From: Candidatus Heimdallarchaeota archaeon
GTDB lineage: Archaea; Asgardarchaeota; Heimdallarchaeia; Heimdallarchaeales; Heimdallarchaeaceae
NCBI GenBank assembly: GCA_021399345.1
Contig: JAAFKI010000059.1
Coordinates: 1-64,000 of the forward strand
Direction: 5' to 3'
Length of the DNA: 64,000 nucleotides
Shown here: positions 19,397-29,451 of the stretch, piece by piece
How positions within the stretch are numbered: the stretch's first letter is position 1
Layout: each line of letters begins with the position of its first letter
Position numbers and translations under genes: made by a program
Notes under the pieces: model-generated
Seen by the model: only the letters and a program-made list of their open reading frames with translations
The model's database searches: none
What the model was told of the DNA's origin: nothing

Positions 19397-20056
19397 CTAA
19401 GCTGTTACAGTAGTTTCAGCGACTTGATGAGTTGATGCAGTGGCACCTGGTAGCAATAATACCTTGCTTTTTCTGATATCCACCATAACTATTGGGTATA
19501 TTTTACCAACAATTTTTTTCATCTCTCCAGCAATTGTTCCATTTATCATGTTTTGAGTAAATTCTACAAACATTTGAGCTCTAGCTGTTGTTTTTACTAA
19601 ATCTTCAATTGCTTTTCTAATAACTTTTTGTGTGCTTGCTCCACATCTAATAGGTGTGATAACAATAGATGAAACTCTTAATCTTGCTTTATCTTTTGTA
19701 ACAACATTTTGTATTGCTTCAACTTTAGAACGATTTCTTCGTATTTGAGATCTGATTTGTTCTTTAGCAATTTCATGACCATCAAATTCTGTTGTGCAAA
19801 TATTGCCTTCAACACTTGTAATTCGAAATCTGATCTTTAGGTTTATATCATAATAGATGTCCTCAGCAACTCCAAGTCTAGCCATCTCAATCACTCTATC
19901 AATTAGTTTTTCAGGCTCACTTGCAGGAGTTTCTCCTAAGGATTTATTAACAATATAACTTGCAGCAGTTACTTCGTACCAAGATTTTTCTTTCCATTTG
20001 TCTACTACTTTTGTTTTTCCTTTAGTTTTTCGTGTTGGTCTTTGAGATGATGACAA
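19397..20056 (-). CDS. rps3ae: 30S ribosomal protein S3ae (eS1)
   Basis: DKWKEKSWYEV, GETPA, IYPI..VDIRKSKV. Confidence 0.95.
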   Translation of the reverse strand: MSSSQRPTRKTKGKTKVVDKWKEKSWYEVTAASYIVNKSLGETPASEPEKLIDRVIEMARLGVAEDIYYDINLKIRFRITSVEGNICTTEFDGHEIAKEQIRSQIRRNRSKVEAIQNVVTKDKARLRVSSIVITPIRCGASTQKVIRKAIEDLVKTTARAQMFVEFTQNMINGTIAGEMKKIVGKIYPIVMVDIRKSKVLLLPGATASTHQVAETTVTA

Positions 20057-20168
20057 TGGTTTAACCTCTAATCTGTTGTTTTTCTTCTTCTTTAATTGAG
20101 TTTTAAATATTATGTTTGATTATAAACTTGAAAACTAGAGAAAATAGGTCTATGGGATAAGCTTAATA

Positions 20169-20426
20169 TCAGCTTTTCACGCTCTTGTAAACTGATTCAA
20201 TAGTACTTATTGTGCTAATTATGTCATCTGCTGTATTTCTTAAAGTTGAAATCGGAGATGAGGATTTAAGCTTTAGAATCAATTTATTATTTTCAATTTC
20301 CATAGTTATAGTTGTCTTGTTATCTACTTGCTTATTTTCAGGTTCCAAACTTTTAGCAATAATATTTGCCATATCATTATTCTTACATTCAATAACCATC
20401 GTAAAGCTAGATTCATGTGAGATCAT
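20169..20426 (-). CDS. KEOPS Pcc1-family subunit
   Basis: ANIIAKSLEPEN...STLRNTADD; lies between DHH gene and rps3ae. Confidence 0.8.
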   Translation of the reverse strand: MISHESSFTMVIECKNNDMANIIAKSLEPENKQVDNKTTITMEIENNKLILKLKSSSPISTLRNTADDIISTISTIESVYKSVKS

Positions 20427-21913
20427 TTATCGTCTTCCTTTTCTTTTGAATTAACTTCTGCTTTTGTACCTTCATGATGTTTCTCAAGAGCTTTTTCAAA
20501 CTCTTCAAGAACGACAGGATACTCCTCATCAGAGAGTGCTAATCTGAAAAACTCGCTTTCTCCTTTAAAACATGATTCAGCAATAGTTTTTTCTTTCACT
20601 AAATCCTTAAAGAAGTGATATATTAGGAATCCTTTTTGAATCTGAGTTGGTGAATCATGCATATACAAATAGTTCGTGTTTGCCTCTTTTAGGTGAAGAA
20701 GAAGCGGTATTTCTATCGTTATGATATTACTCTCTACAAGGGCTTTAATTACAAGAGGGGCTGATTCTAAATCAAAAATTTCTTGATTTTTTATGATCCT
20801 ATAATATTCTTTGTTTTCAACAATTCCTGCGTCTTGAGCAATTTTTTCAATTATTTGTGCTGCTTTTCCGTGATAATTTTCCATTTTTCGTTTAAGCTCA
20901 TCATATAAATTGGTTCTGTCTCCTAAAATAACTGCAAGAGCTAAGCCATATTTCTTTATTTGACATGCTCCTTCTAACAGCCATAAATACTCTTCTGCAT
21001 CTCTTGTTTGACTTTTACTTGTTTCTGTAAGAATAATATAATTGGTACCGAACAACGATTCTGTCCTGAATTGGGCATTCCTCTCTACAAGAAGAATAGT
21101 CAATTTTTCAAACAATATCTGAGTTTCATTTTTTGCAAGCGATGAAAACGTTCTCCAGTCGCCATCTTTTTTCATTGGGATCTTCAGTTTAGACACGAAA
21201 GATGTGCAAGCTTCTTCATTTCCAGTTAGCCCTGGAAAATATGGATTGATTGAATATTTCAATGCTAAATGAATAGGAAGACTCTCTCTACCTGATATTT
21301 TTGTTCCCTTTGATTCTTCAAGTATTTCTTCTTCCTTCCCTTCATCTAGAATAAATCTGTTTATACCAATCAGCTCTTGGCTCTTTGAGTCAACTTGCTT
21401 GTTTGCTAAACCACCTACTACAGCTAATCCTGAGAATTTTGGATAATCTTCTGTAAAATCTTTTGCAATGAAGTACGCTAGTCCTGCATTTGATAAGGCT
21501 ATAACTGGAATTTCTATTTCCTTTAATGAAAGTGTTAAGATATTATCCCAAGGCAGCTTTAATCTCTTATCAATTGTAATTCTATTACCTATTATGATAA
21601 AATTCTTTGCTTCATCTTTGAGAAGTTTACTAGGTAATTCTTTTAGCTGAAAACCAATAAATATGTATGTTAAATAGTTGATTTTGTTAATTCGTTCATC
21701 CAAATCTGAGTTGTTATCAATAAAGATTATGTGACACCCTAAACCTATTTCTCTTAAACAGGATACCAGAATACCGGCTGCACATAAATTATCAGGGTTA
21801 ACCTTGCAGATTATTACAAGATTTTCTTCTAAACCTTTAAGCAACTCAGAAATTTTGCCTGCCTTGTCCTTAAGGTCTTGAATTTTTTCATAGGGAACTT
21901 CTATAGATGACAC
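20423..21913 (-). CDS. RecJ/GAN/Cdc45-like DHH-family protein with degenerate catalytic motifs
   Basis: Context S15-DHH-Pcc1-S3ae; SNAGLAY, LAVVGGLAN, PYFPGLTGNEEAC, RDAEEY; DxD and DHH motifs replaced by NPDN and GNR. Confidence 0.85.
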   Translation of the reverse strand: MSSIEVPYEKIQDLKDKAGKISELLKGLEENLVIICKVNPDNLCAAGILVSCLREIGLGCHIIFIDNNSDLDERINKINYLTYIFIGFQLKELPSKLLKDEAKNFIIIGNRITIDKRLKLPWDNILTLSLKEIEIPVIALSNAGLAYFIAKDFTEDYPKFSGLAVVGGLANKQVDSKSQELIGINRFILDEGKEEEILEESKGTKISGRESLPIHLALKYSINPYFPGLTGNEEACTSFVSKLKIPMKKDGDWRTFSSLAKNETQILFEKLTILLVERNAQFRTESLFGTNYIILTETSKSQTRDAEEYLWLLEGACQIKKYGLALAVILGDRTNLYDELKRKMENYHGKAAQIIEKIAQDAGIVENKEYYRIIKNQEIFDLESAPLVIKALVESNIITIEIPLLLHLKEANTNYLYMHDSPTQIQKGFLIYHFFKDLVKEKTIAESCFKGESEFFRLALSDEEYPVVLEEFEKALEKHHEGTKAEVNSKEKEDDK

Positions 21914-21971
21914 TAGTTACCAATATCCTACAAAATAAAATAAATATAAAAAGATAAAAGAATATCGTAAC

Positions 21972-22424
21972 TTAGAGTAAAAGACCAGCAGTTTTTGGAT
22001 CATATTTCCATTTTGTTGGAAAAACACCTTTCTTCTTATAGAATTTAACTAACCTTCGAATCTTTGATTCGATTAATTGTAATCCCCTTTTACTGTGAAG
22101 ATCCTTCCTATTTTCTTCTAAATGTTTTCTTAGATGAGAAGCTTGTCTAACAAGATTAACTAAATCTTCAGGATATTTTGGCTTTAAATTCAAATCTTCT
22201 ACAATTTTGCTCATTTTTGTGCCAAAAACTTCCTTTACATTGGAAATACCATATTGGTCTCGTAGGATTACTCCAATCATTGCAGAAGATTGACCTTGTC
22301 TTCGAAGTTCTTCAATTTTCTTAACTACAAAATCCTTATCGTAAGGCGTCCATTCTGGGGGTTGATTCCTATAAGGTCGAGTTGAACTCGCTTGTCCTCT
22401 TTTTCTTGCGTGCATTCTTGCCAT
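21972..22424 (-). CDS. rps15: 30S ribosomal protein S15 (uS15)
   Basis: [39 protein letters not shown]. Confidence 0.98.
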   Translation of the reverse strand: MARMHARKRGQASSTRPYRNQPPEWTPYDKDFVVKKIEELRRQGQSSAMIGVILRDQYGISNVKEVFGTKMSKIVEDLNLKPKYPEDLVNLVRQASHLRKHLEENRKDLHSKRGLQLIESKIRRLVKFYKKKGVFPTKWKYDPKTAGLLL

Positions 22425-22437
22425 TAATTTCACCATT

Positions 22438-23010
22438 TCATTGCTTTGCGAAGGCGGTTAAGGAGGTGAATAATATTCGAAGTGACTTTTGGCGGTGAGA
22501 ATATAAATTCTTGGTTGCTAGTGTCATTTCAGCAAAAGTTTGTTCATTATCTTTTGGTTTAAAAATTGGATCAAATCCAAATCCTTCATCACCGATAGTA
22601 GAGTGAATTATTGAACCCTTTGTTATTCCTGTAAAGGTCTCTATAGACTCTCCATTGTGAAATGCTATCACTGATTTAAAATACGCTCTCCTATTTTCTT
22701 TACCATCCATTAGCTTTAGTATTCCATCATTGCTTATAGTTTTGAACACATATGCGGAATAAGGCCCAGGAAAACCATTCAGAGCTTCTATGAACAACCC
22801 TGCATCTTCAAGAAAGAAATTAAGTGCTTTGAGTTCAGGTTTCTCTTGAATTACTCTAGAACAGCTTTTTCGTGCTATAATTTCAAGCGAATCTTCTTGA
22901 GGTTCTTCGTATTCATGATCATACCATTTAACTAACAAGTTGTACTCTTTAGCAATACTCGAAGCTTCTTCGTATTTTGAAGAATTGTGAGTTACAAAAT
23001 GAATTTCCAT
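22438..23010 (-). CDS. rdgB: dITP/XTP pyrophosphatase (RdgB/HAM1)
   Basis: [29 protein letters not shown]. Confidence 0.96.
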   Translation of the reverse strand: MEIHFVTHNSSKYEEASSIAKEYNLLVKWYDHEYEEPQEDSLEIIARKSCSRVIQEKPELKALNFFLEDAGLFIEALNGFPGPYSAYVFKTISNDGILKLMDGKENRRAYFKSVIAFHNGESIETFTGITKGSIIHSTIGDEGFGFDPIFKPKDNEQTFAEMTLATKNLYSHRQKSLRILFTSLTAFAKQ

Positions 23011-23134
23011 TACTATAACTTTTCTAGGTTTTTATTAGTCTTTTTCTATGAAAGAGTTTAAATGCAAAAACTATTGATTTATATATGTTAGAAGTATAGG
23101 ACGATATCCAAAAACTATAGCTTGGTGAAACTAT

Positions 23135-23548
23135 ATGGAAGAATTAACCCATTCAACAATTTACAATTCTGCAGAGGATGTAACAATTGAAAAAGAAATT
23201 TTAAGTACTCTCTCTGAAGTCTCAGAGACAAATAGCATACTAAGCATTTATTCTATGAATGCCCGTGCAATTTACTTCTTTCCTGTAGCTTCTGATGTCT
23301 TTAAACTGAGTATTCAAATTTTTCCGCTGACTCCTGAAATCGTTGCAAAAATTATGAATAACATTTCAAAAATATCTACAAAGGTAGTTTACAGTACCGG
23401 GTTATGTTTAGTTGAAAACAGGTGTTTTTGGGAAGGTTTTTTGCAAGAAAAGGATTTAACTGTAGAAGTAGATGAAATTGAATCTAGTTTAAGTTCAATT
23501 GCTGAAGTAACAGGAATCACAATTGAAAAAGTGATTAAAACAGGTTAG
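23135..23548 (+). CDS. Hypothetical protein, possible C-terminal ACT-like domain
   Basis: Clean ORF with GGTGA SD; beta-alpha-beta-beta-alpha-beta pattern at C-terminus. Confidence 0.5.
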   Translation: MEELTHSTIYNSAEDVTIEKEILSTLSEVSETNSILSIYSMNARAIYFFPVASDVFKLSIQIFPLTPEIVAKIMNNISKISTKVVYSTGLCLVENRCFWEGFLQEKDLTVEVDEIESSLSSIAEVTGITIEKVIKTG

Positions 23549-24492
23549 TTTAAACTAACTTTTAGATTAAGCACCCGAATAAATTCTTTGTATCTATTTC
23601 TCAATGTCACTTCAGTAATTTGACATGTTTTAGCAATTTCATTCTGAGGACACTTTGTTTTGTTTTGCAATGCAGCTATATATAATGCAGCTGCAGCAAG
23701 AGAATTAGGATTTTTTCCAGCTGTAATTTTAGCAGCTTTCGCTTTAGTGAGAATTATTTGGGCATCATTAAGTATTTTAGTTGAGAAATTAAGAACTGAT
23801 GCGGACTTAGCAATACTACTTTCAGGACTTGCTAGAGGCATTTTCAAGTCTAAATGCTTTAAAAGAAGTCGGAAGTTCTTTGCTAGCTTTTTCTTACTTA
23901 ATCTTGTTTTATCTGCAACGTCTTCCAATGTCTCAGGTTGTTTATGTAGTCTGCAAGAAAGATATAGTGCTGCTGATACAAGAGCTTCAGTAGATCTCCC
24001 TCTAACTAAACCAGTTTTTAGAATCTTTCTATAAATCATTGCTGCTGTTTCTCGAACCTTAACTGTTAGATTTAGTTGACTACTTATTCGTTTAATTTCG
24101 TTCAAGGCTCTAAGCAGATTTCTTTCAGTTCCATATTGCAAAACTGCCCTACGTTGTAAAGTACGTAATCTAAACATTTGGCTAGCTTTTTCTGGAGATA
24201 TTGAATTTCCAAAAATATCTTTGTTCGAATAATCTATCAGTGTTCCATAATGATCATAAGTAAGAAGATTTTTTGGAGTTCCTGTTCTAGCTCTTTTGAC
24301 ATGTTGTTCTTTGGAATAAGCTCTCCATTCAGCAGTTTGATCAATATAAGAATCCTCAACTACTAATCCACAGCTACCGCAGCTCACCTCGCCTCTAGTG
24401 GCATCAAAAGTAAGTTTCAATGAGTTGCAGTCAGGACACCTTGGAAGTGAAGCTTCAGTACTGGTTGTAATGTTAATAGGTTTCGGAGCCAT
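23545..24492 (-). CDS. tfb: Transcription initiation factor IIB
   Basis: CPDC..CGSCGLV zinc ribbon, EWRAY, ERNL..A, VRGRS, TEVTLRNRYKE. Confidence 0.96.
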   Translation of the reverse strand: MAPKPINITTSTEASLPRCPDCNSLKLTFDATRGEVSCGSCGLVVEDSYIDQTAEWRAYSKEQHVKRARTGTPKNLLTYDHYGTLIDYSNKDIFGNSISPEKASQMFRLRTLQRRAVLQYGTERNLLRALNEIKRISSQLNLTVKVRETAAMIYRKILKTGLVRGRSTEALVSAALYLSCRLHKQPETLEDVADKTRLSKKKLAKNFRLLLKHLDLKMPLASPESSIAKSASVLNFSTKILNDAQIILTKAKAAKITAGKNPNSLAAAALYIAALQNKTKCPQNEIAKTCQITEVTLRNRYKEFIRVLNLKVSLN

Positions 24493-24728
24493 AATAACAC
24501 CCTAGGGCAGTCTGGATATAGCTTAACTATTGAGTATTTAAATTTGGCTGAACTTTCCTACTCATTTTTTGGTAACTCAAAGTGGTGAAAAATGTAGAAA
24601 ATTCGAATGAAAATTCCTTACAAAGGACATAAATAAATAAGTTAATGATGAAAACTGTTAAAAACATCACATTTGGCTAATAATTTAGTAATAAGATACA
24701 ACAGTCCCTTAATTATGGAGTGCAAAAA

Positions 24729-25136
24729 ATGTCACAAAAAGCAGGACAACTTGAGTTTAAATTAAATATAGGCGATCAAAAAGGTAAATGCCACACCAAA
24801 ATCGTTAGAGATGCTCAGGCAAATTCTCTAATTGGCTTAAAGCTTGGAGCTAAAATTGAAGGGAATTTAATTGGTTTGCCTTCTTGGGAATTTACAATCA
24901 CTGGTGGGAGCGATAGAGATGGATTTCCCCACAGAGCAAGTATTGATGGTGCTAGTAGAAGAAAATACCTATTAAAGGGCGGCGTCGGATACAAAGTTCC
25001 ACGCAAAGGTAAGCGTGTAAGAAAAGCAGTCCGTGGGAATACTATTTCTGAAGCATCATATCAAATCAATATGAAAGTTTTAAAAGCTGGTTCTAAGGCT
25101 TTAGAAGAATTAATCTCAGAAGTTAGTTCTAGTTAA
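24729..25136 (+). CDS. rps6e: 30S ribosomal protein S6e
   Basis: ITGGSDRDGFP, RKAVRGNTI, QINMKV. Confidence 0.97.
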   Translation: MSQKAGQLEFKLNIGDQKGKCHTKIVRDAQANSLIGLKLGAKIEGNLIGLPSWEFTITGGSDRDGFPHRASIDGASRRKYLLKGGVGYKVPRKGKRVRKAVRGNTISEASYQINMKVLKAGSKALEELISEVSSS

Positions 25137-25162
25137 TAAAATGAAGGGAATTTATCCCTTAA

Positions 25163-25642
25163 CTACTTCTTTTTTTCCTCTTCATCAGGAGATTCTGTGA
25201 AGAAAATATATACAATTGAGAGAATGATTGTCAAAATGAGCATTCCAAAAATGGTCCATTGCATTGCTGTAGTGTAATTGGTTTCTTGAGCTAATCCTGG
25301 TCTAATTGAAGTAATTATCCAAGTAATCAATATGGCAATTATGGAAGAACTAACAAATGAACCCCAAGACGGTAAACTAGCTCTGATTTCCCTAAGAGTT
25401 GCTAGAGCTAACATTAGGAAGAAGTAGAAAATTGAAACAAGAAAACCAACTAGAATTGTCAAACCAACATTGTATGTTTCTGTTGGATCTTCCAAATATA
25501 ATCCTTTTAACCAACTTGGAGCACTATTTAGATTCCAACCTGAAAAAATAAAAGCTAATATTAGAACTGTTAATGCAACTATTGAACCTATGAGAAGTGT
25601 TCTGTTCTTTTCATCTTTCCAAATTCTTTCGTATAAACCCAT
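25163..25642 (-). CDS. Membrane protein, ~4 TM helices
   Basis: Four hydrophobic segments; AGGTG SD. Confidence 0.75.
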   Translation of the reverse strand: MGLYERIWKDEKNRTLLIGSIVALTVLILAFIFSGWNLNSAPSWLKGLYLEDPTETYNVGLTILVGFLVSIFYFFLMLALATLREIRASLPSWGSFVSSSIIAILITWIITSIRPGLAQETNYTTAMQWTIFGMLILTIILSIVYIFFTESPDEEEKKK

Positions 25643-25927
25643 TTGAATTTGACACCTATTCTGTTTTCTCCATTTTAGCAGGTTGCGTATAATGAAGTTT
25701 TATGACGAGGTTTCATAATCCAAGCAGTTTATTAACTTTTGGCTTTCTGATTTTATTACTGCAATAAAATCTTTCTTCTGAGAGATAGATGTTAGAGTAT
25801 TTTATCCTTTATACATTCAATCTATTGAAGCATATTAGTAAGTTTACGAGCTGTGAGTACTAACGACTAAGAAGGAAGATTTTTGAAGAAAGTAAAAAAT
25901 TAAAGATTAGTTGAAAGTGAAAATAAC

Positions 25928-26773
25928 ATGTCAAACAGAGAGAATCATGTCAATAACGTTCAGCTTTCTTTTGAAAGCAATGTATCCTTGATTGGCGGTT
26001 TCACAATACTAGATTTTATCGAAATTGCTAACATAACCAAGATACCTATTATGGCGATTGATAATCTAACAATTGATGAAAGAAACAAGTTGATTGATGA
26101 TGCTAGCATTTCAAAGTTTTCTTTAGTCTCTCCAACACACATGTATGATTTGTACTGTGATACAAGTTACAATTTAGAACAAGCCATAACCGTTCTTCGA
26201 AACCGTTTAATAGATATGGACTCAAATCAACACATCATTGTGACAAGAAAAAACATATCTGGTAAAAATATAGATGAAATAAAAAGGAATCTACCAAAAA
26301 TTCGCTTTCAATATGAACTAATAGGTATTTTTTCAGAAACAAAAAATATACTGAAATGGGCAGCTAATGACAGAAGAATTGATTTTTTTGCAGTAGACCT
26401 TAGTTCAAACATTTCTTCAATTGATGCCGCTCTTTGTTCCCTTATAAAACAAAATAACAAATTTGTGGAATTATCTTTGGCCTCTTTGTTAACTTCAGGC
26501 GATGATAAAAAATTTAGTCAATCATTACGAAACGGTAAGAAGTTGATGAAATTATTAATACAGAATCGCATCCCCTTCATATTCTCAATGAATCCAAAAT
26601 CCCCATTACATTTACGTAATGGCTCTCAAATGAGATTCTTAGGGGAATTATTAGGTGTTTCATATAATCAAACCAAGAAAGCTGTTTTTGAAAATCAATT
26701 TTCTGCCTTAATTTCAAATATTATAAAACTCCATGATTCGTCAATTTTTGAAGGGGTAAAGGAGGGTATATAG
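25928..26773 (+). CDS. rnp3: RNase P protein component 3 (Rpp30-like)
   Basis: WAANDRRID, VELSLASLL, SPLHLR; adjacent to Pop5-like gene. Confidence 0.8.
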   Translation: MSNRENHVNNVQLSFESNVSLIGGFTILDFIEIANITKIPIMAIDNLTIDERNKLIDDASISKFSLVSPTHMYDLYCDTSYNLEQAITVLRNRLIDMDSNQHIIVTRKNISGKNIDEIKRNLPKIRFQYELIGIFSETKNILKWAANDRRIDFFAVDLSSNISSIDAALCSLIKQNNKFVELSLASLLTSGDDKKFSQSLRNGKKLMKLLIQNRIPFIFSMNPKSPLHLRNGSQMRFLGELLGVSYNQTKKAVFENQFSALISNIIKLHDSSIFEGVKEGI

Positions 26774-27094
26774 TTGGTAATTATTACTAGAGATAGATAC
26801 GTTGTTGTTAATGTTATAACTGATGAATCATGTGTCAGTATGAATTTAATTAAAACCAAGGTTTGGCAAACCTATCAAAATGTTTTTGGTATTTCTGAAT
26901 CTTCAAGCGCTGGTCTATATTTTGAGCATTTTGATGAAAAGAAAAAGAGTGGAATTATTAGGTGTTCTCATGATTCTCTTTCATCTTTACTTACTGTTTT
27001 AGCTCTTATTACAGAAATAGATGGTATAGATGTAATCCTTCATCCAATCTATGTTAGTGGAGTAATTAACAAAGCCAAGAAGTATCTTACATAG
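26774..27094 (+). CDS. rnp2: RNase P protein component 2 (Pop5/Rpp14)
   Basis: RDRYVV, FG...S, GIIRCSH, VSGVINKAK. Confidence 0.88.
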   Translation: MVIITRDRYVVVNVITDESCVSMNLIKTKVWQTYQNVFGISESSSAGLYFEHFDEKKKSGIIRCSHDSLSSLLTVLALITEIDGIDVILHPIYVSGVINKAKKYLT

Positions 27095-27147
27095 TCATAA
27101 ACCAAGACAACAATATTGATTAAATCCAACTTCAGATTTAGCTTAGA

Positions 27148-27633
27148 ATGAATAATACCGATGATTCTTTGATTAAGGAACTGAATAGACCTTCTTGGGA
27201 TGAATATTTTATGGGGATAGCAGAAATAGCTAAAACTAGATCTTCATGCATTAGACGACAAGTGGGGGCAGTTCTTGTCAATGATAAGCACCAAATTATT
27301 TCTACAGGTTATAATGGAGTTCCTCGTGGAATTGTTCATTGCACAAAAGAAACCTGTACTAAATTATACGAAAAGTCTGGTGAAAAAAATGAGGTGTGTC
27401 CAGCAGTTCATGCTGAGTTAAACGCAATAATACAGGCAGCTACTGCTGGAATTAGCTCTGAAGGAACAACACTTTATTCCACAACAAGACCTTGTGGAAA
27501 CTGTACAATGGCTATAATTAATGCTGGTATACGAAAAGTCATTTACATTGAGGATTATTCTGATTCTATATTACGTTCAGGTTGGTTAGATTCCTCAGAT
27601 GTTATTTTTGAGAAATATGATGAAAGTAAGTAG
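27148..27633 (+). CDS. dCMP deaminase family protein
   Basis: RPSWDEYFM, RRQVGAV, TGYNG, HAELNA, PCGNC. Confidence 0.93.
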   Translation: MNNTDDSLIKELNRPSWDEYFMGIAEIAKTRSSCIRRQVGAVLVNDKHQIISTGYNGVPRGIVHCTKETCTKLYEKSGEKNEVCPAVHAELNAIIQAATAGISSEGTTLYSTTRPCGNCTMAIINAGIRKVIYIEDYSDSILRSGWLDSSDVIFEKYDESK

Positions 27634-27653
27634 TGTAAGATTATTTTTTGAAT

Positions 27654-29237
27654 CTACTTATCTTTAGAGAATTTTAATTTCTCGGAAATAATTATATTTT
27701 TAGTTTGTTGTTTGTAAAATGTTTTCTCTTTTGCTTTCGAAAGCTTTCTTAGAGAATTCACTATTTTGCCTTTGTACAAAGAATCTAGTTCTTTTTCTTC
27801 TAATTTTTGAAGAATCTGATTTTTTATTTTGATTCTTATATCTCCTTTTATTAATTCAAAATCTATGGGGTAAATTCTCTCTATTTCATCATCTGTTTCT
27901 TGTGAAATTTCACCTTTAATTATCTCGTCTTTTCGGAGATCTAATACATGATTAGGAGTTAGGGAAATATAATGCTTAATTTGACGAGGATTGGTAATTT
28001 TGTGCTTAAAATCAATTTCCTTAATTATTTTCAGATCACCATCTAGAATTACTACTCTTTTATCTTCCCCGATGGAGATTAATTTGTTATTGTAATAGAA
28101 AAGACCTAGAACGTTCTTGTCATGTATCCTCTGTTTCTTTGTTATTTCTAAGTCCTCATTATCTAATAAAACAATATGTCCTGAATTTAGAGCAAAAGCA
28201 AGATTATCAGGAGTTATCGCTGTTCCTGTTATTAGACTTATTTCTTTATGATGTCCCTTTTTTTCAAGTTGTGTGTCAAAAATTATTAGTTCACCAGTCT
28301 CTAAACCTACCACAAAATCGCTATTTGATGTTTTTAATAGTGAAAAGGGTTTTGATGTAAGGTTAATTGATTTGATGATTTTTGATGATTCAATATTGAA
28401 CATAGAAATTGTTGAATCTAATGAAGTAGTGTACAAAATGTTGTTTATTATTTCTAATCCTGTAATGTGTTTTCCATGAACAAAGAAAACCTTTGATATT
28501 TTTAAATTATCTTTTTTCCAGATGGAAACAAATCCAAATTCATGTCCTAGAATGATGCTATCTTCAGTAATCGTACTTACTATTGCAGGAAACCCATTTC
28601 TCCTGGAAATCTTAAAAAGCAAAGCATAAGGATCTTTTTTCTCAAAATCCTTCAGATATTTGGATGCCTTTCTAATAGCTTTAACAACTTTTGAGTCTTT
28701 AATGAAAAATGCTCTTCCTTCTTTAAAACTTTCAACATCAAAAATAAATTTGTCTCCTTCTTGACATGAAATCAATAATCGGTTATCTAAAGAGAGAATT
28801 TGACTCATTGTAACAATTTTTGTCTTCGAAAGAAGTTTGAATTTGCCATCCTTAATTATCCATTTCCTTAGTTGTTCATCTCTTCCTGCAGTTATGATGA
28901 ATCCCTTCAAAGGTTTAGCTCCGATAATAGAGGATATGTGAGCTTTTGGTCTTTCAATTTTACTAAAGTCAGTCAATGACCATGCTTTCAAATCTAGTTC
29001 CCAAGCTGTAGAAATTATTAAGTCCATATTTTCTAATTTCTGAATATCTGTAATAGCTGCTTTATGTGCAAAAATACACCCAAGTTCTTTTTCTAAATTA
29101 AGATCCCATATACAGATTCTCCCATCTTGCCCCCCAGTTAGCAAATATCCATCAACTTCCCTAATGACATTGACACCTCTAAGATGGCCTGGTTGATGAT
29201 AAAGAATTTCTGTAAAATTGGTATCTTGATTGTTCAC
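27654..29237 (-). CDS. WD40 repeat beta-propeller protein
   Basis: GH...LLTGGQDGRICIWD, AH..AITDI, TAGRDEQLRKW, TTSLDSTISMF. Confidence 0.85.
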   Translation of the reverse strand: MNNQDTNFTEILYHQPGHLRGVNVIREVDGYLLTGGQDGRICIWDLNLEKELGCIFAHKAAITDIQKLENMDLIISTAWELDLKAWSLTDFSKIERPKAHISSIIGAKPLKGFIITAGRDEQLRKWIIKDGKFKLLSKTKIVTMSQILSLDNRLLISCQEGDKFIFDVESFKEGRAFFIKDSKVVKAIRKASKYLKDFEKKDPYALLFKISRRNGFPAIVSTITEDSIILGHEFGFVSIWKKDNLKISKVFFVHGKHITGLEIINNILYTTSLDSTISMFNIESSKIIKSINLTSKPFSLLKTSNSDFVVGLETGELIIFDTQLEKKGHHKEISLITGTAITPDNLAFALNSGHIVLLDNEDLEITKKQRIHDKNVLGLFYYNNKLISIGEDKRVVILDGDLKIIKEIDFKHKITNPRQIKHYISLTPNHVLDLRKDEIIKGEISQETDDEIERIYPIDFELIKGDIRIKIKNQILQKLEEKELDSLYKGKIVNSLRKLSKAKEKTFYKQQTKNIIISEKLKFSKDK

Positions 29238-29311
29238 AATTATCCGAATTTCAAAGAACTAATTAACTTTTATATTCAAGTCTAACGTATTTAGATTAAG
29301 AAAAAATTATG

Positions 29312-29371
29312 GTGGCTCATATCGTCGTGAGAACATCACATTTCAGTCTGGGACGGTTAAATCATCGCCAC
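29312..29371 (-). ncRNA. Box C/D guide sRNA (predicted 23S targets G2251 and U2593, E. coli numbering)
   Basis: Minus strand GTGGC-G-ATGATTT-AACCGTCCCAGA-CTGA-AAT-GTGATGT-TCTCACGACGAT-ATGA-GCCAC; both guides complement highly conserved 23S sequences. Confidence 0.85.
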
Positions 29372-29451
29372 ATGTAGGTTAAACTTCGAAGTTTTTATTT
29401 ATTACTCTTACTGAGTTTAAATTAGAAAAAATGTGTGAAGGGGAGAAAGAA

